Assembly: GCA_964234715.1 (NCBI GenBank)
Contig: OZ174290.1
Strand: one strand, 5' to 3'
Length of the DNA: 64,000 bases
Source: Podarcis melisellensis
Lineage: Eukaryota
The translations under genes were made by a program, and so were the position numbers. Below the pieces are notes generated by a model that saw only the letters and a program-made list of their open reading frames with translations, was not told where the DNA came from and ran no database searches. This document shows, piece by piece, positions 47,401 to 64,000 of the stretch; positions within the stretch are counted from its first letter, which is position 1; each line of letters opens with the position of its first letter.

Positions 47401-50082
47401 TTGGCAAGTCCCTGGGAGGAGTGGGTAGTCACTGAGAATGCCTCCCCAACGTGCCCTTCCTATGCTGAATGCAAACTCTGGAACACTTGCAGCAGATCTA
47501 GGACTGTCTGCTGGTCAGGAAGGAGGCAGGGTCATGCCCAAATGACAGGACACCTCACATGAGAGAATATTCATCAGGAGAATGTAAGCCAGAGACCACC
47601 AATAGACAAATCAACATGATTACCTTGACATAGCGCAGAGGAGAAAGAACATTCATGAAGAAAATACTCCAAGGATCATCAAAGGCCATGTCGGATAGGA
47701 AATTCACAATCTTGGAGTTCACCTCCTGTAAACTGAACACTCCAGGGTTAACCCAGGTAATCTTACATCTCATTTTGACAAAAAAGTACCCAGACCTATT
47801 GGGAAACACTAAGAGCAGAAGCAGCTGCTGTCCAATAAAATGTTTGTTAATCTTTTAACCCATTGCCTGCATCCACATGAAAGCAGAGGAAGGGAGGGGG
47901 CATCACTACACGGTGGCACAGTTCTGGATACCATCTTATCACTACTCAGTACTAAGTGAAATCACACACCAAGAGCATTCTTTCTCGAAGTCCACACAAT
48001 CCTGAATGGCTGCCCCTTTTCTTGAATGAGCTCTCTCACCTGTGCCACATTCCCCCTATGTCCAGAGACCTGCAGAGACCTTCTGCAAAAGATCTCAAGA
48101 AGCACCATGCTCGTGGCATGACCAGGATGATATCCCCAAGAGGAGCCCCAGCTCTAGTTCCCAAAATACCTACCCAATGACATACATGTCCATTTCCTGG
48201 TCTTGCAAGTTGAGCTGCAGCAAAGAGGTGACATCAGGAGGGGGAGAAGCTGTGCCCACGTTCCAAGTCACCAAGTGCAACCTTCAGAGACAGACAAAAG
48301 GCAGTGCAGCTGAAGTACAAACAGGTGGGGACAGGCTACCTCGTCATCCCATTAACCTCTCCCCTCCTCGTGCCTTATTGTCCGTAATCCTGCCCTAAAA
48401 ACACCAAAGCCCCACTGGAGAGAGCCTGTCTGCCTGGGAAGGGCACCTGATCCCTAGAAGCTTCTGCTTCTGCATCTTCCCACAGATCAGAAAAGCCTCG
48501 TCGATGGTGCGTGAGACTTCCTCGTGGATCTCGTCATCGGAGCTGACATCCTCCACGCAAGCCATGAGCTGTGCCACTCGCTGCCGCAGCTGCAGCCGCC
48601 CGCTGGAGCCCGTGCTGCTCACACTGGCCGAGCGGCTGCGCAAGGCAGAGGGGGTGCCCTCCAGGTCCAGCAAGGAGACGGAGAGCAAGTCCTGAAGCGG
48701 CTCTTCAGGCTGCAAAGATGCCATGGGGCCAGCAGGAGAGGGGCATGCCCCACTCCCCACCCAAGGCGCCCCCCAGCCAGAGAAGTGTCAATGTAGGCAG
48801 AATTAAGCCTTGCTTCTGGCACAAGCTAAGCAAGGAAGCCGTCAACCGCACCAGAAGGCAACTCTGAGGCAGGCAGGAAGGGAGGTCCTCTTCCTCTCCT
48901 TGCAAGCCCTCAAGGTGCACCCCCACACCCATGCCACGCGCCAAGATTTAATGCCACTGGAGCCTGGAGATTTATGAAAAGCTATTGTTAACTGAGGCCA
49001 ATCACATGTTTCTGCCACTGTGTCATGGAGGTATAATCACTGGTTTTGAGGCACGTGCCCCACATGGAGGGATTGCCAAGCCAGAGACCAAATCTGACAA
49101 GTGACCCCCTCAGGAGCCTTTTATTAACACAGCTTCTGGCTAGGAAGGGGTTTGGGGGTTCAGAGGTGGCTGTTGGAGCTTAGCTTGTGGTCAGAGAAGT
49201 GTGGGGAAGGGAAAACATATTTGGCCTGTTTCCCCACCCAAGTCAGCCCTCCAGAAGGCACAGGGTGTAGCCCAGAGACAGGTGGCCTTGCAAATGCTGC
49301 CAGACTACAGCTCCCATCACCCCTGAGCACTGACTCCGCTGCTTGCTGGGAACTAGAGCCCAACATCTACTGGAGGTTCTCCGCAAATACAGAACGCGGA
49401 TGTGCCGCGCAGGGCCGCGGTTAGGAAGACCTGGCTGGGACTTAAGCGCAAGACCCCCGTCCCGCGGGAGGAGGGAGAAGCGCCACCGGCAGGCAGCCCG
49501 GCAGCCCCCGATCCTGGGCGTGTTCCCGGCCGCCTGCCTGCCTGCCTTTCCGCGGGCGCGCCTGATGACCGCCCCCGGAGGATGTGGAAAGTGCGGGCCG
49601 GAGAGCCCCTTTGGCAGCGGGCGCAGCACCTGCCAAATAAGCGGCCCACGAAGGACTCAAATCCCAGCCGGTGCTTTGCAAGCCGAAATCGGCTTTCGCG
49701 CTTCCCGCGGCGATTAGCATAACTCCCGCTCCGGAGCCTCGGCGCCGCATCCGGGGGCTTTGCTGTAAGAAGGAGCGCCTGTCCGCGGGCGGAGGCCGGT
49801 CACGGGGCCCCGAAATCCTTCGGGAGGGGTGGCTGCCTCCTCGCAGGAAACCCCAAGGGGGCGGAAGAGCCTCGAGGGAGCAGCGGGAGTGGGGGCGCCA
49901 CTTGGGGCAGGAAGGCTCGGGCGCACTCTGCACATGCCCAGGGACTCCCTTGACTCCGCCGGGGGCACGTGGGCCAAAGGGGAGTTTTCCCAAGACGGGT
50001 CCCCCGCGCGCATGGGCAGGCGCAGCAGGAGGCCCCCTCCGCTTCCTCACCTGAGATGCCGCGGTCCTTCCTCCGGCTCCAT
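39907..50082 (-). CDS. INPP5K: Inositol polyphosphate 5-phosphatase K (SKIP), complete spliced gene
   Basis: 12 in-frame exons with 5-phosphatase motifs [41 protein letters not shown] and a C-terminal SKICH domain (WDWIGLYK). Confidence 0.97.
40268..40372 (-). CDS. INPP5K: INPP5K exon 11 ([35 protein letters not shown])
   Basis: CAG acceptor, GTATGG donor, 105 nt. Confidence 0.92.
40460..40543 (-). CDS. INPP5K: INPP5K exon 10 ([28 protein letters not shown])
   Basis: CAG acceptor, GTGAGG donor, 84 nt. Confidence 0.92.
41274..41409. mobile_element. hAT-Charlie-like palindromic MITE
   Basis: TIR CAGGCATCTCCAACCT / AGGTTGGGGATGCCTG, long internal inverted repeat, decayed 8-bp TSD GTCTACAA / GTCTCCAC. 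Confidence 0.85.
41556..41693 (-). CDS. INPP5K: INPP5K exon 9 ([10 protein letters not shown]...[11 protein letters not shown]; start of SKICH domain)
   Basis: CAG acceptor, GTGACA donor, 138 nt. Confidence 0.93.
41809..42143 (-). mobile_element. Full-length Sauria SINE (lacertid POM/Squam1 type)
   Basis: tRNA-like head GGTGGCGCTGTGGGTTAAACC...GGTTCGAATCCCC, ACCTTT tail, perfect 14-bp TSD GTGCTGCCACTTAA at 41795-41808 and 42144-42157. Confidence 0.92.
42584..42773 (-). CDS. INPP5K: INPP5K exon 8 ([14 protein letters not shown]...[13 protein letters not shown])
   Basis: CAG acceptor, GTAACG donor, 190 nt. Confidence 0.95.
43230..43356 (+). mobile_element. tRNA-head / CR1-tail SINE (Squam3-like)
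   Basis: AGAGCATGAGGCTTTTAATCTCA...GGATTCGAGCCCC B-box followed by the CR1 3' end CTAGATGACC...CCCTTCCAACTCTATAATTCTA. Confidence 0.7.
44141..44250 (-). CDS. INPP5K: INPP5K exon 7 ([36 protein letters not shown])
   Basis: CAG acceptor, GTAAAT donor, 110 nt. Confidence 0.95.
44353..44410. repeat. (CTTT)n microsatellite
   Basis: Directly visible. Confidence 0.95.
44732..44843 (-). CDS. INPP5K: INPP5K exon 6 ([37 protein letters not shown])
   Basis: AAG acceptor, GTACTA donor, 112 nt, GDLNFR catalytic motif. Confidence 0.95.
45751..45926 (-). CDS. INPP5K: INPP5K exon 5 ([27 protein letters not shown]...NVLDH)
   Basis: TAG acceptor, GTGAGT donor, 176 nt. Confidence 0.95.
46050..46184. mobile_element. 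MITE with CAGGGCTTTTT-type termini
   Basis: CAGTGCTATTTTT ... AAAAAAAGCCCTG imperfect TIRs. Confidence 0.45.
46575..46691 (-). CDS. INPP5K: INPP5K exon 4 ([16 protein letters not shown]...TGLYGYW)
   Basis: CAG acceptor, GTAAGC donor, 117 nt. Confidence 0.95.
47624..47732 (-). CDS. INPP5K: INPP5K exon 3 ([36 protein letters not shown])
   Basis: CAG acceptor, GTAATC donor, 109 nt. Confidence 0.94.
48174..48281 (-). CDS. INPP5K: INPP5K exon 2 ([35 protein letters not shown])
   Basis: AAG acceptor, GTAGGT donor, 108 nt. Confidence 0.94.
48447..48724 (-). CDS. INPP5K: INPP5K putative alternative first exon 1b encoding a 92-aa N-terminal extension
   Basis: Open frame [14 protein letters not shown]...KLLGI with protein-like composition; AG|GTGCCC phase-2 donor 165 nt upstream of exon 2. 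Confidence 0.7.
50051..50082 (-). CDS. INPP5K: INPP5K first coding exon 1a ([11 protein letters not shown])
   Basis: GCGATGG Kozak inside the CpG island, AG|GTGAGG phase-2 donor matching exon 2. Confidence 0.85.
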
Positions 50083-50429
50083 CGCGGCTGCCCGAGAAAG
50101 AAGAGGAGGGTGAGACGAGCGAGACCGGAGGAAAGAGCTCGCTCCGCTCTTGTGACCTCTGCAGCCAATCGGGGCAGGGGACGAGGTCGGCAAGCCTCCT
50201 GATTGGCTGGGATGCCAAGAGGCCGCGTCGTTCTGAGCACGTGATGCAAACAACGGGAAGCGAACGCAGAGCTACCCAAAAAGGATAGAGTGTCATATCC
50301 CTTGCACTTCCGGATAGAAACAAGAAGCTGCCCAAAGAAGTCAATGGGGTTCTGAGGGTCGCTGCGCCGGAAGATGCGACCCTGGTGCCTGCTGCTGTTC
50401 ATGATTTGAATTAATTTTATAATGAAATG

Positions 50430-50530
50430 ATTTTAGAATGTTGTATTATTTTATTGTTGTTAGCCGCCCTGAGCCCGGCTTCGCCTGGGGAGGGCGGGAT
50501 ATAAATAAAATTTATTATTATTATTATTAT
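50430..50530 (+). mobile_element. L2-type 3' tail with (TTA)n inside the INPP5K CpG island
   Basis: GCCGCCCTGAG...GGGCGGGATATAAATAAAATTTATTATTATT stem-loop tail, same architecture as 63595-63682. Confidence 0.65.
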
Positions 50531-51438
50531 GGGACCTGACCCCAACCCGCAATATCTGCGCGAGGTTACCCTGCAAGGCCGTTGCAAGCGGCTCTCTTCC
50601 GCGCAGAGGACTCTCCGCTCTGCTGCAGCGATGGCCGGCGCAGTAAAATTAACGAATTTTATCGCAAAATAAAAACCTGCACTTGGATGGGGGCGTTGAC
50701 GTGTCTGCGGCGTTTTGTGCGTGTGTTTCTTTTGCGGGGAGGGGGGCGCTGCCACTGTTTTCTACGTGCTGCTCTCTCTTGAGGGAGGAAGATTCAAACA
50801 TGATTTCTCAATTGGATCCAGGGAGTGGCCCATCCCGGCAGCAAAATGGTCCCCTCTACATATTTCATATCTCTGGGGGAGCGCGGCCCCGACGGAGTCC
50901 CTTCGAGAGCGGGCCGTGACATCCCGCAGCTGCCTTCCGGGTCGGCTTCGGGCCCGGGAGGCTTCGCGCTCCGCTTCCTGGCGCCGCAGCCCAGGAGCGC
51001 AGCAGCGGGGCTTTCATAAAGACAACCTCGATGCGTCTCTTTCGGGAGCGGAAGTGACAGGCCTCAAAGTCCAGAGGAGCTCACAAGAATGCAGGGAGCC
51101 TCGCCTTGTATTCGCTTTATATATAAATTAAGGCTGTCCCACTAGAAAAGGCCGGGCGCCCAAGCGCGAGTGCAAATGCGGAATAAGGGAGACCCAAGAA
51201 CATGTGCAGAGCACCCCTTCTGCGGCAGGAAGGCACTAGGGGCTCCTGTCTTGCCTCCGGGAAACTGCAGGCTAGGAGACGCTTCTCCCGTCGCTCCTTC
51301 GGCTCCTGCCGCCTTCCCAGCGTCTTCTGGGAGGGGATTCATTCACTCACTCCCCAAGTCCCACCCCCGGCTGTCACCAACTCTACTGAAATCATGGTTT
51401 CCACAGAGGACAACCAGGGAAGCCCACCCACTCCCTAT

Positions 51439-51575
51439 CAGCCTCTCTCAACTTGTGGGTACCCAGATGTTGTTGAACTACAACTCCCATCACCCCTAGC
51501 TAGCAAGGCCAGAGCTCAGGGATGATGGGAGTTGTAGGCTAACAACATCTGGAGACCCACAGGTTGAGAACCGCT
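51439..51575. mobile_element. hAT-Charlie-like MITE, same family as 41274-41409
   Basis: CCAGATGTTGTTGAACTACAACTCCCATC ... GATGGGAGTTGTAGGCTAACAACATCTGG inverted repeat. Confidence 0.75.
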
Positions 51576-51799
51576 ACAAGCACTGCTGTGTCGTCCTTAG
51601 AGGTTTCCCCCTGGTTACTGGAGTCCAGCTGCTCAGTAGGCACAGCAGCTGTCACAGCTTTCCTGTCTGCTTCCCTCCTCCAGTTAAAGAGAAGTCATTC
51701 ACACTGGCTGACACACATTCTAAAAGATATCAGGGGTGGAGGAGAGGCAAAACAACCCCTTTCCTCCTTCCCACCCACCCAAGAAAAAGCCAGACTGCA

Positions 51800-54230
51800 G
51801 GCCAATGCTCTGTCTATGATTTTATTAGATTTGTTTCCAATATGCCTGTATTGGAAGATTGGGAGACAAAAAAAGGCACAAACTCACATTAAAGAAACAA
51901 TAAGATCATCTAATCAAGTCTACAAAGTGTTTGCCATAAAAAGGAGTTGCACTAGGAACCAACCAAAACAGATCAGGGAGTCCCTGCAGAGGCCAGCAGA
52001 GGATGAGCCCGAAAGGCAAGAGCATGCTGGTGGGGTGGGGGGCTTCTCTCCCCCCACTGGGCTCCAAAGATGGAAGCCCAGGCAGGTGTTGGGAGAAAGC
52101 AGCTCAGCTCAGCAACCATACCCACCCTCCTCCTCCAAGCCAACAGGGTGGGGTGGGGTCTGGGTGGTGAAGCCAAATGCAACATGTTACGCAGTGCCTC
52201 CGCAGCACCCTCTCTGCTCCCATTGCTGGGCTCCCCCCTCCCCCCAGGAAGGAACAAGGAGGTCAGTCGTCACGGGGGGGCAGGGGAGGCAGAGAGAAGG
52301 CTCAGAAGATGTGCCTCAGCTACAGTTCGGCAGGAGGCGAACTCTAAAAAAACGCAACACGCAAAGAGCAGAACAAAGGACACACAGAGTGGAAGTTTGC
52401 TGCATTTTTCTCGCTCTTACTGCTAAGCAGGAAAGCTTTGTGTTTTAATGAGAGCTTTCACCTTCGTACCACAATCTTCCCTTGATTTTCTCCCCCGCCC
52501 TTCAAAATGTCACCGTCTGTTTCCATAGAGATGTGGTGTCACCAGCTACAAAGCCTCTCAGCTAAAAAACAAATCTTTAAGCAGCAGGAGTGATAAGAAC
52601 GGCCATAGAAACAGTTAACACATTCAAGCATAAGAATCCTCTTACACTTCATTACCAAAAGAAAAAAGGAAAAAAAATGTTCAGTGTTTTAATTCCCAAT
52701 TCTCAGTATTTTACAGTACAGGAAGATTAACCAGGGGGCCTCCTTGCCCTGGAGGGGAGGGAGGAGGGAGCACCCGACACATTCCTGGTCCCAACAGACT
52801 TTGCCCCAACCCCTGGGCTTCTCTTTCTCAGGCAGGCAAGGCAGGCCCAGTGCTGAGCCATGTCTCCCGCTCTGCCTGGGGGGCTTGCTAAAAGCCCCTT
52901 TCCCCCAAAGCCCCTCAAGTCACCTGTCAAGAGAGCGCGACCAGAACGGATCAAGCTTGCTTATTGCACTTGGACATCAATAAGGCAAAAAATGGACAAA
53001 ACAAGAGGACAAGAGGGATAAACTGCCTCCTCTCAAGGCAAAGCTGCCCGTCGTCACCCTGCTTGTCTCCCACCCTCTCTGTCTGGCAAGGGCCACTGCT
53101 TCAGGCGCAGAGAAAGGGAGGAGACCCGGCTACAGAGGCTGCCACACCAAGGCATGGCCTCACCTCTGCTCCCACCAGCTCCTGAGTGAAGCCAGCACTG
53201 TTTGTTCAACCCGCTCTTTCTCCTGTGATTGTCTTAAGCAGCTGCCAGCCCACAGGCAAGTGGGCTTCAGAAGCCCCTCCTCAGCAGCAAAGAGCTCAGC
53301 CAGCTTTTGGCCATGACCCCTGCAGCTCCTGGCAACCGAGAGAGACAGATCATCCCCTCTGCAGTGCCGCTGCTCCGTGCTACGGGCCTTATTGCTCAGG
53401 AGCAGCACAAACGCCCAACACAAGCAGCGCCTGAGCAGGAAACAACCAAAGAACGGGATTCTGCTTGTGCAATTTGTTTGGTGGTCGGGTTAAGAGACCA
53501 TTCAGCTCGTCTACTGTACTAAAGGGGAAGGTGGAGGAGACCCAGGACTGTTTTCTTAGCAGGCCAACTAAGTCACCTGCTCCCACCACCCCACAAGTGG
53601 CAATGTGGACCTTGAGGACCACACTGGAAGGGGCTCAGCAGGCAGAACCTGGGCAAGGAGCAGAGGCTGGTGCAGGTGCACTTCAAGACCAGGGCACTGC
53701 TAGGAGCAATCTTCCCTGCTCCTTGTGGCCAGGAGTCCTGCCCATCACCGTGATATTCAGGGAGCAAAAAGGTTGGCCTGACACCCTCTAATACTGAGTT
53801 CCCATCTCCACAAATGGACAAAGAAAGGTGAAGAAACAAAGGCAGCAGTTTATCCCAGTGTTTCAAAGGAAAAATATAGATATATACATACATATGAAAT
53901 CTAAATCACCACATCACAAGACTATTTCAGCTAAAACGGTCACTTGGAAATCAAAGAGCCACGTGGGAATCGGGCTGAACACTCTTCTGGGGAAGGCGGC
54001 TGTGTCACAGGTGCAGCCATCCCCCAGGAAGTGCCTCCAGCCCAGGTGCCAAGGCCAGAGCGCTCAGGACCAGAGGACTGTCTATTTGCTCACGATAGTA
54101 AGGGCCACTAGAGTTAGCTAGGGGAGGTTGGAAGTCGCCTGCTGACTGGATAGAGGAGGGCTTGATCCAGAGATGGTCCGTTGGTCAAGAGGGTGGAGTT
54201 CCTGGGCCTTCCTGCTGGCTGTTTTGCAAA
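51800..54230 (-). other. PITPNA: PITPNA terminal, entirely non-coding 3'UTR exon (about 2.4 kb)
   Basis: Long pyrimidine tract plus AAG acceptor at 54231-54233; AATAAA at 51821-51826 followed by U/GU-rich sequence. Confidence 0.7.
51821..51826 (-). terminator. PITPNA polyadenylation signal AATAAA
   Basis: AATAAA on the minus strand with a downstream CTTTTTCTTGGGTGGGTGGG GU/U-rich element. Confidence 0.65.
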
Positions 54231-54723
54231 CTTAAGGAAAGAAAGAGAGAAACTGGGTTACTTCAGTGGCTTGAAAGCGATCTTCCAAGTGGGGAAACTC
54301 TGCTGGGTAGCTGGATTTATTAAACACTCCTGAGTATCTTGGCAGTCATTTTTGAAGGAGGGGGAATGCAGAGTGCCTTTTCTGTCAGGGATGACACTAC
54401 ATGTTTTCAACAGTGAGGGTACAGTCAACTGTGCAATCCCGGAGAGTCTGCAGCAGACTTATTCCATGTCAGACACCCCACACACACACCAAAAGCCTCC
54501 TGCAGCCGAGCCCACAAAGAACATTTGCACCAGGAATTTATTGCACTTGGCGCAGATGTTTCTCTTGATATTTATGCTTGGAGCCAATGCAGGATCCTTA
54601 AGAAGGGGCAACACAGCTCATGTCAGAAGCACCATGTCCACATATTTGTGGCATCGCCTCTTTTCTAACCTTTGAAGGCAGCCCCGAAGATGTGGACATA
54701 CCGTGCAAAGAGAGGAATCCACG

Positions 54724-63315
<8,592 letters not shown>

Positions 63316-63534
63316 TCAAATGGTGGGTCAGGAATGATCCAAGGCGGCTTGCAAGAGGAGCAGGAGCACCATGCAAAGATACGGTAAATGATCGGAGGCG
63401 CTGGAGAGATCCTGCATAGGGCAGTGGGCCCCAAGATGCTGCTGGACTACAACTCCCATCATCACTGACCACTAGCTGTGCTATAAGCATATACCCAGCC
63501 CTGCAGGCAAGCCAAAACTGGACAAAGGAAGGTC

Positions 63535-63682
63535 TGAGCAGCCCTGTATTGGAAGGCTTTTAACGCTTGATGTTTTATGGTTTTAAATATGCTGTAAACC
63601 GCCCAGAGTGGCCGGGGAAATCCAGCCAGATGAGTGGGGTATAAATAATAACATTATTATTAGTTAGTATTATTATTATTAT
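63535..63682 (+). mobile_element. L2-family 3' fragment with (TTA)n tail
   Basis: Reverse complement of the 25594-25760 tail (CCGCCCAGAGTGGCCGGGGAAATCCAGCCAGATG...GGGGTATAAATAATAA). Confidence 0.8.
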
Positions 63683-64000
63683 TGAGCCTGTGTCAGGCAG
63701 CTTCCTATGTTCCTGACTGCTTTACACTGTGCAGACCCTTAGCCTCTTTTTTACCTGGCAATGCTGCCAGGGACTGAACCTGGGTCGGGTGCTGGGCACC
63801 CAAGCTGTTTTTCTGCCTATGTGCCGCATTTGCTGCCAGGACTTTGCAGAGCCTGTGAGGGAGCCCTGGGTCATTCCACCGGCCGGAAGCAGGGCCTGCT
63901 CTGCAGAGTCCTTGGAACAGGGCTTGATCCAGCCCTCCAAAGTGCCCAGCGCCCCCCATTTCACCCTAGAAAGGATTAGGCCGCTAAGAGGAAGCAGCAC

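Larger units (their letters stand above)
49390..51320. promoter_or_regulatory. INPP5K: CpG island / INPP5K promoter
   Basis: CpG-rich; opposed CCAAT boxes (50165-50169 on +, 50202-50206 on -), CACGTG E-box 50238-50243, ETS-type sites (ACTTCCGG 50306-50313, CCGGAAG 50367-50373, GCGGAAGTG 51048-51056). Confidence 0.8.

Noticed and set aside
51564-52448. 294-aa plus-strand ORF antisense to the PITPNA 3'UTR
   Set aside because: Non-ATG start inside a MITE, no recognisable domain or splice context.

Overview
Eukaryotic (vertebrate) genomic DNA, most likely a lacertid lizard, judged from a Sauria/POM-type SINE, BovB, and young L2 and L1 copies. It holds three spliced genes in tandem on the minus strand, in the same order as human 17p13.3: the 3' part of PITPNA (9 coding exons plus a 3'UTR exon, about 51.8-63.2 kb; the first exons lie beyond the window), the complete INPP5K/SKIP gene (12 exons, about 39.9-50.1 kb) and the 5' half of MYO1C (motor-domain exons 196-7083 plus several alternative first exons up to 30161; the 3' end lies before the window). 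All exon boundaries were read by hand and are phase-consistent. Homology calls come from recalled human protein sequences, not from a database search. Introns contain LINE fragments (L2, L1, CR1, BovB), SINEs, hAT and Tc1/mariner MITEs and microsatellites. Nearly all long ORFs in the supplied track are GC-rich artefacts. I see no new stand-alone biological system. The best candidates for novelty are alternative N-termini: a putative extra MYO1C start exon (7507-7587) besides the isoform A, B/NM1 and C exons, and a 92-codon alternative INPP5K first exon with an Akt-type RxRxxS motif. Smaller points are a GC-AG intron and an 8-nt microexon in PITPNA, a probably bidirectional INPP5K promoter, and a locally clustered MITE family.
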